DNA from: an uncultured Rickettsiales bacterium
GTDB lineage: Bacteria > Pseudomonadota > Alphaproteobacteria > Rickettsiales > SXRF01
Reading direction: 5' to 3'
DNA length: 64,000 bases
Assembly: GCA_964535825.1 (NCBI GenBank)
Contig: CAZHUC010000004.1
Span: 97,065 to 161,064 of the forward strand
Notes under the pieces: model-generated
Told to the model about the DNA's origin: nothing
Databases searched by the model: none
The model's input: only the letters and a program-made list of their open reading frames with translations
Position numbers and translations under genes: made by a program
In this document: positions 1-11,183 of the stretch, in pieces
Numbering within the stretch: position 1 is the stretch's first letter
Layout of the letters: every line of letters starts with the position of its first letter

Positions 1-1661
1 GGCCGGTCATCAAGACCGAGATGACACGTTGTATCCACTGCACACGCTGCGTACGCTTTGCCACGCAGGTGGCAGGCGTGCCTGAGCTGGGGGCGTATGG
101 TCGCGGCGAGCATATGGAGATCGGCACATATGTTGAAAAAGCACTGACCTCTGAATTGTCCGGTAATCTTGCCGATATTTGTCCGGTGGGCGCGCTTACC
201 TCCAAGCCTTATGCGTTTGCAGCACGCCCGTGGGAGCTAAAGAAGACTGAAACCATCGACGTAATGGATGCGGTTGGATGTAATATCCGTGTGGATAGCC
301 GTGGCGCTTCAGTGCTGCGAGTGTTGCCACGCGTCAATGAAGACATCAATGAAGAATGGATCTCTGATAAAACCCGCCTTGCTTGTGATGGTCTGCGTTT
401 GCAGCGCCTTGATAAGCCATATGTTCGCGGCGGCGATGGCAAATTGCATGAAGCCACATGGCAAGAAGCGTTCGCTGTGATCGCAGAGCGTATGAAAGCA
501 TTAAAGTCAGAAGAAATGGCAGCACTTGCCGGAAATATGTCATGTGCTGAAAGCACTATGGCTCTGAAGGATGTGCTTGATGCGCTGGGCGTTGCGAACC
601 GTGATTGCCGTCAGGAAGGCGCAAAGATCGATGCGGCGAATCGCGCGCATTATGTATTCAATACAACGATAGCGGGTATCGAGCAGGCAGATGTGTGTTT
701 GCTGGTCGGTGTGAATCCACGCCGTGAAGCATCACTGGTGAATGCGCGTATCCGCAAGGCATGGCTGAATAATGGCCTCAAGGTCTACAGCCTCGGTAAT
801 GAAAATGAGTTGACCTATCCGTATGAATATCTGGGTAGTGACCCACGCATGCTCGCCGATATGGTATCAGGCAAGCACCCGATGGCAGACATTCTGGCTA
901 ATGCCAAGAAACCGATGATCATTCTGGGTTCTGCAGCCTTTGCACGCACCGATGGTGGCGAAGTATTGGCGGCAGCGCTTGCGTTGGTAGAACGTGCGAA
1001 AATGGTGCGCTCTGACTGGAATGGCTTTAATATCCTCAATCACGCGGCTGGCCGTGTGGCTGCGCTCGATCTTGGTTTTGTGCCTTCTGTCGGCGGTAAG
1101 GATATTGCACAGATATTCGAAGGTTGCAGCAGTGGGGCGATCAAGCTGGTGTATCTACTCGGTGCTGATGAATTTGATATGAGCCTGCTTGGCAAAGCAT
1201 TCGTAATTTATCAGGGGCATCATGGGGATGATGGCGCGCATCGTGCCGATGTCGTGCTTCCCGGCGCTGCCTACACAGAAAAAGATGCCACCTATGTGAA
1301 TCTGGAAGGTCGCGTGCAGCAGACCAAACAGGCCGTATTCCCACCGGGTCAGGCAAAGGAAGACTGGGCGATCCTGCGTGCGCTGGCGGATGTTTTGAAA
1401 ATCAGTCTGCCTTACAATAATCTGATGCAGTTGCGTGAGCGTATGATACAGGCAGCTCCGCATATGGCGCGGATAAATGAAATAGTGGCAGCGAAGTGGC
1501 CGACCAAAGCGGTACACTCAAGGCACTTCAATATCTCTGATCTGCCGTTCGATGAATTCTTCCCGAACTTTTATATGACCGACCCGATCTCGCGTGCGTC
1601 CAAGACCATGGCGGAATGCACAAAGGAGATCATGGGCGTACAACTTAAGAAGGCGGCATGA
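1..1661 (+). CDS. nuoG: NADH-quinone oxidoreductase subunit G (5'-truncated by window edge)
   Basis: [11 protein letters not shown] and [11 protein letters not shown] Fe-S motifs; frame open to window start; directly upstream of nuoH. Confidence 0.97.
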   Translation, partial: PVIKTEMTRCIHCTRCVRFATQVAGVPELGAYGRGEHMEIGTYVEKALTSELSGNLADICPVGALTSKPYAFAARPWELKKTETIDVMDAVGCNIRVDSRGASVLRVLPRVNEDINEEWISDKTRLACDGLRLQRLDKPYVRGGDGKLHEATWQEAFAVIAERMKALKSEEMAALAGNMSCAESTMALKDVLDALGVANRDCRQEGAKIDAANRAHYVFNTTIAGIEQADVCLLVGVNPRREASLVNARIRKAWLNNGLKVYSLGNENELTYPYEYLGSDPRMLADMVSGKHPMADILANAKKPMIILGSAAFARTDGGEVLAAALALVERAKMVRSDWNGFNILNHAAGRVAALDLGFVPSVGGKDIAQIFEGCSSGAIKLVYLLGADEFDMSLLGKAFVIYQGHHGDDGAHRADVVLPGAAYTEKDATYVNLEGRVQQTKQAVFPPGQAKEDWAILRALADVLKISLPYNNLMQLRERMIQAAPHMARINEIVAAKWPTKAVHSRHFNISDLPFDEFFPNFYMTDPISRASKTMAECTKEIMGVQLKKAA

Positions 1662-2683
1662 TGGAATTCTTTGAAACCGTATTACCGCTGCTTATCATCA
1701 TCGGAAAAATTTTGCTGGTGGTTGTGCCGCTTCTGGTGTGTGTGGCCATGCTTACACTCATGGAGCGTAAAGTGATCGCGGCCATGCAGCTGCGTAAAGG
1801 CCCGAATGTGGTGGGATTCTGGGGGCTTCTGCAGCCTTTTGCCGATGGCCTCAAACTGCTCTGCAAAGAAACCATCCTGCCATCGCAGGCTAATAAAGTA
1901 ATATTCCTGATCGCGCCGATGGTGACATTCGCGCTGGCGATGCTTGGCTGGGCGGTGATCCCTATCTCTGAAGATTTCGTGATCGCCAATATCAATGTGG
2001 GTATCCTGTATCTGTTCGCGGTGTCATCCCTTGGGGTATACGGCATCATCATGGCGGGTTGGGCGAGTAACTCCAAATATGCATTCCTGGGGGCGATACG
2101 TTCTTCGGCGCAGATGGTATCGTATGAGGTATCCATTGGATTTGTCATCATCACTGTGCTTTTGTTAGTTGGCTCACTAAATCTGCAGGATGTAGTGTCA
2201 GCGCAGGCAGGAGGCATGCATCACTGGTTCGCATTCAATGTATTCTCGGCGCAGTTCCCGCTGTTCCCGATGTTCATTCTGTTCTTCATTTCAGCGCTGG
2301 CGGAAACCAACCGCCACCCGTTCGATCTTCCGGAAGCGGAAGCCGAGTTGGTCGCTGGTTATAACGTCGAATATTCTTCCATGAGCTTTGCGCTCTTCTT
2401 CCTTGGTGAGTATGCCAACATGATCCTGATGAGCGGTATGACCACCATCCTGTTCCTTGGTGGCTGGCATGCGCCGTTCGATGTGGCGATATTCACATGG
2501 ATACCGGGTTTCATCTGGTTCATCCTGAAAGTGGTGTTCTGCCTGTTCGTGTTCATCTGGGCGCGCGCAACCCTGCCGCGTTACCGTTATGACCAGCTGA
2601 TGCGTCTGGGCTGGAAAGTGTTCCTGCCGCTGTCGCTCCTGTGGGTGGTGCTGACGGCCGCGTATGTTGTATATTTCAGGTAA
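1658..2683 (+). CDS. nuoH: NADH-quinone oxidoreductase subunit H
   Basis: [20 protein letters not shown] and [25 protein letters not shown] motifs; ATGA overlap with nuoG. Confidence 0.98.
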   Translation: MMEFFETVLPLLIIIGKILLVVVPLLVCVAMLTLMERKVIAAMQLRKGPNVVGFWGLLQPFADGLKLLCKETILPSQANKVIFLIAPMVTFALAMLGWAVIPISEDFVIANINVGILYLFAVSSLGVYGIIMAGWASNSKYAFLGAIRSSAQMVSYEVSIGFVIITVLLLVGSLNLQDVVSAQAGGMHHWFAFNVFSAQFPLFPMFILFFISALAETNRHPFDLPEAEAELVAGYNVEYSSMSFALFFLGEYANMILMSGMTTILFLGGWHAPFDVAIFTWIPGFIWFILKVVFCLFVFIWARATLPRYRYDQLMRLGWKVFLPLSLLWVVLTAAYVVYFR

Positions 2684-2687
2684 TGGC

Positions 2688-3308
2688 ATGATAGAGCAAA
2701 TATCTGCATGGCTGGTCTGGTTCGTACATCACTTTGGGTATGTTGGTATTTTTGTCATGACGTTTCTGGAAAGCACGTTTGTGCCGATCCCGAGCGAGGT
2801 CACGATGATTCCGGCAGGCTATCTGGTACAGCAGGGCGAAATGAATCTGTTCGGGGTGCTCGCTGCCAGTATCACCGGCACATTGGCCGGGTCGCTCACC
2901 ATGTATGTGTTCGCTGCATATGTTGGACGGAAATTCTTATACCGTTACGGCAGGTATTTTTTCTTCGGCCACGAGAAAATGGAAAAGCTCGATAAGTACT
3001 TCGCAAGCCACGGTGAGATTTCTATTTTCACCGGCAGGCTTATTCCCGGTGTGCGCCATGTGATCTCTTTTCCGGCTGGTCTTGCGCATATGAATTTGAA
3101 GAAGTTTACACTCTATACCGGCATCGGTGGTTCGATATGGATGTGTGTGTTGATAACGGTGGGTTATGTCATCGGTGGCAATAAAGAGTTAATTAAGGAA
3201 TATATGCCTTACATTACGGGCATTGTGGTAGTGAGTGTGTTTTTTATGATAGTTATGTATGTAGCGAAGCAACGTAAAATTGCAGCAAGGGAGGCCGACA
3301 ATGCTTGA
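2688..3308 (+). CDS. DedA family membrane protein
   Basis: [13 protein letters not shown] and [16 protein letters not shown] DedA motifs; start chosen at ATG 2688, just after the nuoH stop. Confidence 0.92.
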   Translation: MIEQISAWLVWFVHHFGYVGIFVMTFLESTFVPIPSEVTMIPAGYLVQQGEMNLFGVLAASITGTLAGSLTMYVFAAYVGRKFLYRYGRYFFFGHEKMEKLDKYFASHGEISIFTGRLIPGVRHVISFPAGLAHMNLKKFTLYTGIGGSIWMCVLITVGYVIGGNKELIKEYMPYITGIVVVSVFFMIVMYVAKQRKIAAREADNA

Positions 3309-3783
3309 TAGGGCAGCGCGTGCGTTCCTGCTAACCGAGCTGGTGAAAGGCTTCTGGCTTACGCTTAAATACATGTTCAAGACACCGGTGACCATCAACT
3401 ATCCTTATGAAAAAGGACCGCTTTCGCCCCGTTTCCGTGGAGAGCATGCGCTCAGGCGTTATGCCAACGGTGAAGAGCGTTGTATCGCGTGCAAACTTTG
3501 TGAGGCCATTTGTCCGGCGCAGGCCATCACCATCGAGGCGGAAGAGCGTGATGACGGAAGTCGTCGTACCACCCGCTACGATATTGATATGACCAAATGC
3601 ATCTATTGCGGTTTCTGCCAAGAAGCCTGCCCGGTGGATGCCATCGTGGAAGGCCCGAATTTCGAATTCGCCGCGGAAACGCGCGAAGAGCTTTTCTACA
3701 ACAAGGAAAAATTGTTGGCTAACGGTGAGCGCTGGGAAACGGCTATTGCTGCTAACCTCGCTGCTGATGCGGAGTACAGGTAG
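3301..3783 (+). CDS. nuoI: NADH-quinone oxidoreductase subunit I
   Basis: Two ferredoxin motifs [12 protein letters not shown] and [12 protein letters not shown]; GGGAGG RBS before ATG 3301. Confidence 0.98.
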   Translation: MLDRAARAFLLTELVKGFWLTLKYMFKTPVTINYPYEKGPLSPRFRGEHALRRYANGEERCIACKLCEAICPAQAITIEAEERDDGSRRTTRYDIDMTKCIYCGFCQEACPVDAIVEGPNFEFAAETREELFYNKEKLLANGERWETAIAANLAADAEYR

Positions 3784-3786
3784 GTT

Positions 3787-4413
3787 ATGGAAGAGTTCAT
3801 AGCACTTATTCCCACGATCAGCTTTTACCTGTTCGCATTGATGACGGTGGTGTCTGGCCTGATGGTCATTACCTCCAAGAACTCTGTGCATTCCGTGTTC
3901 TTCCTTATCCTTGCCTTCTTTAATGCGGCGGCGCTTTTTGTGCTTATCGGCGCGGAGTATATCGCCATGACACTCGTCATAGTGTATGTCGGCGCAGTGG
4001 CGGTGTTGTTCCTGTTCGTGGTGATGATGCTGGATGTAAATTTTGCCGAACTTCGTCAGGGATTCCAGAAATACCTGCCGATAGGATTGCTCACGGCAGG
4101 TATTGTACTGTTTGAACTACTTGTTGTTATCTATGTGTCGCTGAATTCGCCGCAGAGTGTGGCCGCTGCCCGCAATCCTGTTTCCAGTGATGTCACTAAC
4201 ACACATGCTATCGGCAGTGTGATGTATACGGATTATTTCCTGCCGTTCCAGATGGCGGGTATCGTACTGCTTATCGCCATGATCGGCGCTATCACGCTTA
4301 CACTTCGCAAACGTCCGGGTGTGCGCCGCCAGAGCATTTCCCAGCAGGTGAATCGCAAGCGTGCTGATTCCATCGCTATTGTTAAGGTAAACCCGGGTGA
4401 GGGGATAAGCTAA
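3787..4413 (+). CDS. nuoJ: NADH-quinone oxidoreductase subunit J
   Basis: [17 protein letters not shown] motif; operon position. Confidence 0.96.
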   Translation: MEEFIALIPTISFYLFALMTVVSGLMVITSKNSVHSVFFLILAFFNAAALFVLIGAEYIAMTLVIVYVGAVAVLFLFVVMMLDVNFAELRQGFQKYLPIGLLTAGIVLFELLVVIYVSLNSPQSVAAARNPVSSDVTNTHAIGSVMYTDYFLPFQMAGIVLLIAMIGAITLTLRKRPGVRRQSISQQVNRKRADSIAIVKVNPGEGIS

Positions 4414-4739
4414 TGGAACATGTTTTCTTCAATAATATAGGTGTGATGCATTATCTGGTGGTCTCCAGCCTGCTTTTCACCATTGGTATCTGCGGCATTT
4501 TCCTGAATCGCAAGAATATCATCACCATCCTGATGTCGATCGAGCTTATCCTGCTCGCGGTGAATATCAATTTTGTGGCGTTCTCGGTAAAGCTCGGGGA
4601 TCTGGGCGGGCAGGTATTTGCCATGTTCATCCTCACGGTAGCTGCCGCTGAAGCGGCTATTGGCCTTGCCATACTGGTAATTTACTTCCGTAACCGCGGT
4701 TCGATTGCGGTGGAAGATGTGAATCTGATGAAGGGCTGA
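4413..4739 (+). CDS. nuoK: NADH-quinone oxidoreductase subunit K
   Basis: [15 protein letters not shown] and [13 protein letters not shown] motifs. Confidence 0.97.
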   Translation: MEHVFFNNIGVMHYLVVSSLLFTIGICGIFLNRKNIITILMSIELILLAVNINFVAFSVKLGDLGGQVFAMFILTVAAAEAAIGLAILVIYFRNRGSIAVEDVNLMKG

Positions 4740-4740
4740 T

Positions 4741-6714
4741 ATGAGTTCTACGGTTTTGATTGAGTGTATCGTTTTCCTGCCCTTACTGGCGTCGCTACTC
4801 GTTGGTCTTTTTGTTCGTAGTATCTCTGCAAAACTCGCCCAGCAGCTTACCTGCGGCGCGATGGTGCTTGCGGCGGTTTTCTCCGGTGTGGTGTTCTCTG
4901 AATTCGCTTCCATGGCGATACATGGTGTCAGCTGGAAAGATCTGGATGATGGCGCAGGGCTGGTGCACAAGGTGCAACTTGGCTCATGGATTGCCTCTGG
5001 TGATTTCACGGCGAACTGGGTGCTGCGCGTAGATGCGCTCACTGCTGTCATGCTCGTGGTCGTTACCTGGGTGTCATCTGTGGTGCATATCTATTCTGTG
5101 GGCTATATGAGCCATGACGAGCACCGCCAGCGCTTCATGGCATATCTCTCACTCTTCACCTTCTTCATGCTGATGCTGGTTACCTCCGATAACCTCGTGC
5201 AACTCTTCCTTGGCTGGGAAGGTGTGGGGCTTTGCTCTTACCTGCTCATTGGTTTCTGGTTCAAGAAGCCGGAAGCGAATGCTGCGGCCATCAAGGCATT
5301 CCTTGTGAACCGTGTGGGTGACTTCGGGTTTGCGCTGGGTATCTTTGCCACCTTTGTGCTCTTCGGTACGATCAGCTTCGATACCATCTTCGCAGCTGCA
5401 CCGACCTATGTGGATTCTACCCTCAATTTCCTGGGGTACGAATTCCCGGCACTCACCCTTATTTGTATCCTGCTCTTCATCGGTGCGATGGGTAAATCAG
5501 CCCAGCTTGGCCTGCACACATGGCTTCCGGATGCGATGGAAGGCCCAACGCCTGTATCCGCACTCATCCACGCCGCAACCATGGTGACGGCGGGTGTGTT
5601 CATGGTGGCGCGTCTTTCGCCAGTATTTGAACTGTCTGATACTGCCCTGATGGTCGTTACCATCGTCGGCGCGCTGACGGCGTTCTTTGCTGCAACGGTC
5701 GGCCTTGTACAGAATGATATCAAACGTGTGATCGCGTATTCTACATGTTCGCAGCTGGGCTATATGTTCTTTGCTTGCGGTGTGGGTGCGTATTCCGCAG
5801 CTATCTTCCATCTGATGACCCATGCATTCTTCAAAGCTCTTTTATTCCTAGGGGCGGGTTCTGTTATCCACGGCATGTCCGGCGAGCAGGATATGCGCCG
5901 TATGGGTGGTGTCTGGAAGCTCCTGCCATATACCTATGTATTGATGTGGATCGGCTCACTCGCGCTGGCGGGGATTCCATTCTTCGCGGGTTACTACTCC
6001 AAGGATATGATCCTTGAAACAGCGTTCGCTGCCGGTGGCATTGGTAAATATGCCTTCTGGCTTGGTGTCGCTGCGGCATTCATGACCGCCTTCTATTCAT
6101 GGCGCTTGTTGTTCATGACCTTCCACGGCAAGCCGCGTGCTTCCCATGATGTCATGCATCATGTGCACGAGTCTCCGGGTATCATGCTCTATCCGCTGTT
6201 GCTGCTTGCAGCTGGTGCACTCTTCTCTGGTGTGCTTGGATATTATGTGTTCGGTATGGTATCGGCGAATGGCGCGTTCTGGCAGGCAACGATTGGCAGC
6301 CATGAGATCATTGAACATGCCCATCATGTTCCGGGTTGGGTGCCTGTGCTGCCGCTGCTGGTTGCTCTGTCTGGTATTGCGCTCGCGTGGTATCTCTATA
6401 TCGTGAACACATCACTGCCGGAAAAACTGGCGGAGGCGTTCCCACGTCTGTACCGCTTCCTGCTCAATAAATGGTATTTCGACGAGCTGTATGATGCCGC
6501 CTTTGTGCGCCCGGCCAAACGTCTTGGTTACTATCTGTGGCGTTTCTTCGATGAAAAGATCATCGATGGCCTCGGGCCGAATGGTGCGGCGCTCGTCACC
6601 CATATCTTTGCTGGTCGCACCAGTCGTTTGCAGACCGGCTATGTCTATCATTATGCGTTCTCCATGCTGATCGGTTTTATGGTGATCATCAGCTGGGTGG
6701 TGTTCGGAGGATAA
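4741..6714 (+). CDS. nuoL: NADH-quinone oxidoreductase subunit L
   Basis: QLGLHTWLPDAMEGPTPVSALIHAATMV motif. Confidence 0.98.
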   Translation: MSSTVLIECIVFLPLLASLLVGLFVRSISAKLAQQLTCGAMVLAAVFSGVVFSEFASMAIHGVSWKDLDDGAGLVHKVQLGSWIASGDFTANWVLRVDALTAVMLVVVTWVSSVVHIYSVGYMSHDEHRQRFMAYLSLFTFFMLMLVTSDNLVQLFLGWEGVGLCSYLLIGFWFKKPEANAAAIKAFLVNRVGDFGFALGIFATFVLFGTISFDTIFAAAPTYVDSTLNFLGYEFPALTLICILLFIGAMGKSAQLGLHTWLPDAMEGPTPVSALIHAATMVTAGVFMVARLSPVFELSDTALMVVTIVGALTAFFAATVGLVQNDIKRVIAYSTCSQLGYMFFACGVGAYSAAIFHLMTHAFFKALLFLGAGSVIHGMSGEQDMRRMGGVWKLLPYTYVLMWIGSLALAGIPFFAGYYSKDMILETAFAAGGIGKYAFWLGVAAAFMTAFYSWRLLFMTFHGKPRASHDVMHHVHESPGIMLYPLLLLAAGALFSGVLGYYVFGMVSANGAFWQATIGSHEIIEHAHHVPGWVPVLPLLVALSGIALAWYLYIVNTSLPEKLAEAFPRLYRFLLNKWYFDELYDAAFVRPAKRLGYYLWRFFDEKIIDGLGPNGAALVTHIFAGRTSRLQTGYVYHYAFSMLIGFMVIISWVVFGG

Positions 6715-8172
6715 ATGCTGACCATTCTGATATTACTTCCGTTAATTGGCGCATTGATCACAATGTTCACCCGCAGTGCTAATGAAGCGCGTTGTGTGGC
6801 GCTTTTCACCACTATCATTACCTTCCTGGTATCTATTTACCTGTGGGTTGCCTTCAGGACGGATACGGCGGAGTTCCAGTTCGTTGAGCAATACCAATGG
6901 TTCGCAGGCCTGAACATTTCCTATTATATGGGTATCGACGGCATTTCCCTGTTCATGGTGCTGCTGACCACCTTCCTGATGCCGATTTGTATTCTGTGCA
7001 GCTGGGAATCCATTGAGCACCGTGTGCGCGCCTTCATGGCGAATTTCCTCATTCTGGAAGCGCTGGTAATCGGCGTGTTCTGCGCGCTTGATAGCATTCT
7101 GTTCTATCTCTTCTTTGAAGGCATGCTAATACCGATGTATCTCATCATCGGTATCTGGGGTGGCAAGCAGCGCATCTATGCCTCGTATAAATTCTTCCTG
7201 TATACGCTGGCTGGCTCGGTGCTGTTTCTGGTGGCCATTCTATATATGTATAACAGCTTCGGTACGACCTCGATCCCGGAACTTATGCAGAAAGCACCAG
7301 GTCTCGGGCTGGATGTGCAGAAATGGCTGTTCCTTGCCATGCTGGCCTCTTTTGCTGTGAAAGTGCCGATGTGGCCGGTTCATACATGGTTGCCGGATGC
7401 GCACGTGCAAGCACCAACCGCTGGCTCGGTGATTCTGGCGGGTATCCTGCTTAAGATGGGGGCGTATGGCTTCCTGCGATTCTCGCTGCCTATGCTGCCT
7501 GAGGCATCGCATCATTTTGCGCCGCTTATTTTTGGCCTATCGCTGGTGGCAGTCATCTATACCTCTCTGGTCGCCTTGATGCAGACCGATATGAAAAAGC
7601 TCATCGCCTATTCATCGGTGGCGCATATGGGTTTTGTGACCATCGGTATCTTTGCATTCAATATGCAGGGTATCGAAGGTGCTATCATTCAAATGATAAG
7701 CCATGGCCTTGTTTCTGGTGCGCTCTTCCTTTGCGTTGGTGTGGTCTATGACCGCATGCACACGCGTGAGATCGCAAGTTATGGCGGGGTAGTGAATGTC
7801 ATGCCTTGTTATGCGCTGGTATTCATGATCTTCACCATGGCCTCAGTTGGCCTGCCTTCTACCTCTGGCTTCGTGGGTGAGTTCCTGATTCTGACAGGTG
7901 CGTATAAGGCCAGCAGCACGGTTGCATTCCTTGCGACCACCGGTGTTGTGTTAGGCGCGGCTTATATGCTTTGGCTCTATCGTCGTGTGGTGTTCGGTGA
8001 GATCACAAATAAAGAAGTATCTGCCATGAAGGATATAGGTATGCGCGAGAAGCTCATCTTCATTCCGGTGATCGTGCTTGTCATGTGGCTTGGCATTTAT
8101 CCAAAACCATATTTCTCTGCAATGGATGCCTCTGTTGAGAACCTGATCAAACAAGTGAGTGTAAAACCATGA
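6715..8172 (+). CDS. nuoM: NADH-quinone oxidoreductase subunit M
   Basis: [20 protein letters not shown] motif. Confidence 0.98.
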   Translation: MLTILILLPLIGALITMFTRSANEARCVALFTTIITFLVSIYLWVAFRTDTAEFQFVEQYQWFAGLNISYYMGIDGISLFMVLLTTFLMPICILCSWESIEHRVRAFMANFLILEALVIGVFCALDSILFYLFFEGMLIPMYLIIGIWGGKQRIYASYKFFLYTLAGSVLFLVAILYMYNSFGTTSIPELMQKAPGLGLDVQKWLFLAMLASFAVKVPMWPVHTWLPDAHVQAPTAGSVILAGILLKMGAYGFLRFSLPMLPEASHHFAPLIFGLSLVAVIYTSLVALMQTDMKKLIAYSSVAHMGFVTIGIFAFNMQGIEGAIIQMISHGLVSGALFLCVGVVYDRMHTREIASYGGVVNVMPCYALVFMIFTMASVGLPSTSGFVGEFLILTGAYKASSTVAFLATTGVVLGAAYMLWLYRRVVFGEITNKEVSAMKDIGMREKLIFIPVIVLVMWLGIYPKPYFSAMDASVENLIKQVSVKP

Positions 8173-9632
8173 GTGGCCTCGGTGATATTTCGATGAACAG
8201 TCTGTATAGCATCATTCCGGAGCTATTCCTCTGCGTTTCTACCATGGTACTGCTTATCCATGGTGTATATTGCCGTGCCAAGGCCGATGGCATCAGCCAG
8301 ACCCTTGCGCTTTCCGTGCTTGCGCTAACCTTCTACTTTGTTGTGAAAAGTTGTGATGTTCCGCACACAGCGATGAATGGTATGTTCATTGCCGATGCAT
8401 TCTCCTGTTTCAGTAAATGCCTGATCCTTGGGGCAGCCATGCTGGTGTTGCTGTTCTCTTCCGGCTGGCTGCGTGAAGAGGGTGGCAGGCCATTCGAGTT
8501 TATTATTCTGATGATGTTCGCCGCGCTTGGCATGATGTTCATGGTATCGGCTGCTGACTTCCTGACACTCTATGTTGGTCTCGAGATGGCAAGCCTTTCA
8601 CTGTATGTGCTGGCATCCTTCCAGCGTGACCATGCAAAATCCTCGGAAGCAGGCCTGAAATACTTTGTGCTCGGCGCGCTGGCATCGGGGATGCTGCTGT
8701 TCGGTATATCGCTGGTATATGGCTTTACCGGCACGACAGGATTTGAATCGCTTGCGGCACTCTTTGGAGCGGGCGGGGAAATATCCAAGGCGGTCATCGT
8801 TGGCCTCATCTTTATCATGGTAGGCTTTTGCTTCAAACTGTCGGCTGCGCCATTCCATATGTGGGCACCCGATGTGTATGAAGGCGCACCGACGCCGGTT
8901 ACGGCATTCTTTGCCACCGCACCTAAAGTGGCAGCCTTTGCACTCTTTACCCGTTTATTGATGCAACCATTCGGTGATCTGTTCAGCCAGTGGCAACAGG
9001 TGATCATTTTCGCGGCTATCGCTTCCATGCTGGTAGGGGCACTCGCTGCCATTATGCAGACCAATATCAAGCGCCTATTGGCCTATAGCTCCATCGGCCA
9101 TGTCGGGTTTATTTTTATGGCACTCGCAACAGGCAGCCCTGAAGGTGTGCAGGCGATGCTTATCTATCTGGCACTGTATATTTTTATGAGTGCAGGGGCA
9201 TTCGGTTGCGTGCTGGCCATGAAGCGTTCGGGTGAGCCGGTCGAGGACATCAAGTCATTGGCTGGGCTTTCCCAGAGCCAACCATTCATGGCTGCGATAT
9301 TTGCCATTTTCATGTTCTCCATGGCGGGGATACCGCCACTGGCCGGCTTCTTCGGTAAGATGTATGTGGTACTGGCTGCGGTCGATGCCGGGCTTATATG
9401 GCTGGCTGTACTTGGAGTAGCCACAAGTGTTATTGCCTGCTATTACTACCTGAAAGTGGTGAAAGTTATGTATTTTGACACGCCTGCAAAACCATTCGAT
9501 ACGTCTGCATCCTTTGTATTCAGGATAGCACTGATGGTGGCTGTGTTCGTAACAACATTATTCTTCTTACTGCCAACGCCGCTGGTAACGCACGCGAGGG
9601 CAGCAGCAGATTCACTATTTGTAGCCCCATGA
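8169..9632 (+). CDS. nuoN: NADH-quinone oxidoreductase subunit N
   Basis: EAGLKYF and [23 protein letters not shown] motifs. Confidence 0.97.
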   Translation: MSGLGDISMNSLYSIIPELFLCVSTMVLLIHGVYCRAKADGISQTLALSVLALTFYFVVKSCDVPHTAMNGMFIADAFSCFSKCLILGAAMLVLLFSSGWLREEGGRPFEFIILMMFAALGMMFMVSAADFLTLYVGLEMASLSLYVLASFQRDHAKSSEAGLKYFVLGALASGMLLFGISLVYGFTGTTGFESLAALFGAGGEISKAVIVGLIFIMVGFCFKLSAAPFHMWAPDVYEGAPTPVTAFFATAPKVAAFALFTRLLMQPFGDLFSQWQQVIIFAAIASMLVGALAAIMQTNIKRLLAYSSIGHVGFIFMALATGSPEGVQAMLIYLALYIFMSAGAFGCVLAMKRSGEPVEDIKSLAGLSQSQPFMAAIFAIFMFSMAGIPPLAGFFGKMYVVLAAVDAGLIWLAVLGVATSVIACYYYLKVVKVMYFDTPAKPFDTSASFVFRIALMVAVFVTTLFFLLPTPLVTHARAAADSLFVAP

Positions 9633-10405
9633 CAAAAGCACCAAAGAACCTTCTCAATGATTATCACCTCCTGTCATTTGACACGTTGGACTCTACCAAC
9701 GAAGAAGCCAAACGTTTAGCCAAGGCAGGCGGCGGGCACGGCGCGGTCATCTGGGCTAAAAAGCAAACCGCGGGTAAGGGGCGCATGTCGCGCAACTGGG
9801 TGTCTTCCGAAGGAAATTTATTCGTATCTGTGCTGTTGCAGCCAGAAAAGCCGCTTTCAGAAGCAAGCCAGCTTTCTTTTGTGGCCGGTCTGGCGGTTGT
9901 GGAATCACTGGTGGACCTGTTGCCTAAAGATAAGAAGATCCATTGCAAGTGGCCAAATGACATTCTGGTAAGTGATAAAAAGCTGGGTGGCATTCTCCTT
10001 GAATCCTTCAGTGCGCCGGATACGGGTAACTGGGTGGTGGTTGGTGTTGGCGTTAATGTCGACAGTTTCCCGCCACGCACAGAATTCCCTGCCACCAGCC
10101 TGAAGGAAGTCGGTGTCGAGCTGGTATCAGCAAAGATCATTCTCTCACGTTTCATCCATCATTTCATTGAACGTTATAATGAATGGAATACCAAAGGCTT
10201 CGCGCCTGTTCGCAAGAACTGGGAACAATATGCTTGGGGTCTTGGAAAGACGCTTTGTGCCAGGCTGCCGGATGAAGAGATGGAAGGCATTGCGGAGGGT
10301 ATCGATCCGCAGGGCGCGCTTATCCTGAAGCTGAAGGATGGCCAGAAACGCCATATACTGGCTGCTGATGTATTTCCAGCAGCAAAAACGGCAGGTAAAA
10401 AATAA
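9629..10405 (+). CDS. birA: Biotin--[acetyl-CoA-carboxylase] ligase (no N-terminal HTH)
   Basis: QTAGKGR, KWPND and KLGGIL motifs; typical position after nuoN. Confidence 0.95.
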   Translation: MTKAPKNLLNDYHLLSFDTLDSTNEEAKRLAKAGGGHGAVIWAKKQTAGKGRMSRNWVSSEGNLFVSVLLQPEKPLSEASQLSFVAGLAVVESLVDLLPKDKKIHCKWPNDILVSDKKLGGILLESFSAPDTGNWVVVGVGVNVDSFPPRTEFPATSLKEVGVELVSAKIILSRFIHHFIERYNEWNTKGFAPVRKNWEQYAWGLGKTLCARLPDEEMEGIAEGIDPQGALILKLKDGQKRHILAADVFPAAKTAGKK

Positions 10406-11172
10406 TGCTTCTTACGATAGATGCGGGTAATACCAATGTGGTATTTGCGGTGTTCGACCGTGACACTATCGTGGGGCAATGGCGTATCTCAACGGATGCA
10501 CGCCGCACCGCCGATGAATATGGCGTATGGCTCACGCAGGTGATGGAGCATGAGAAGCTAGACCCTAAAAGAATTACCGGAGCGATACTGGCAAGCGTTG
10601 TACCGCAGGCGATATTCGATCTGCGTATGTTGGCAAAGCGTTACTTCAACACGGAGCTGATGATCGTGGGTGATCCGGCGCTTAAACCTGTTATGCCGGT
10701 GAATCTCGATAATCCGCGTGAAGTGGGCGCAGATCGTCTGGTGAATGCCTCTGCGGCATGGAATAAATATAAACAACCACTCATCGTACTCGATTTTGGT
10801 ACAGCCACCACCTTCGATGTGGTGAATGCCAAGGGGGAATATGTAGGCGGTGTCATCGCACCGGGTGTAAACTTGTCGCTGGATGCATTACAAAAAGCAG
10901 CCGCTAAATTACCCAATGTGGGCATCATGCGTCCCGCCAGGGTCGTGGGTACGAATACCGTTTCTGCCATGCAATCTGGCATTTATTATGGCTATGCCGG
11001 ACTGATCGACGGTATCATTGCCCGTATCAAAGAAGAGCAGGGCGGTAAGATAAAGGTGATAGCCACCGGTGGTCTTGCATCGCTATATACCAAAGCCTGC
11101 CCTGTGATAGAGCATATCGAGCCAGACCTCACGGTACTTGGCCTGAAAGATATCTTTGAATTGAACAAATAA
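10405..11172 (+). CDS. coaX: Type III pantothenate kinase
   Basis: DAGNTN, GADR and DFGTATT motifs. Confidence 0.96.
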   Translation: MLLTIDAGNTNVVFAVFDRDTIVGQWRISTDARRTADEYGVWLTQVMEHEKLDPKRITGAILASVVPQAIFDLRMLAKRYFNTELMIVGDPALKPVMPVNLDNPREVGADRLVNASAAWNKYKQPLIVLDFGTATTFDVVNAKGEYVGGVIAPGVNLSLDALQKAAAKLPNVGIMRPARVVGTNTVSAMQSGIYYGYAGLIDGIIARIKEEQGGKIKVIATGGLASLYTKACPVIEHIEPDLTVLGLKDIFELNK

Positions 11173-11183
11173 GTATAAGCCCA

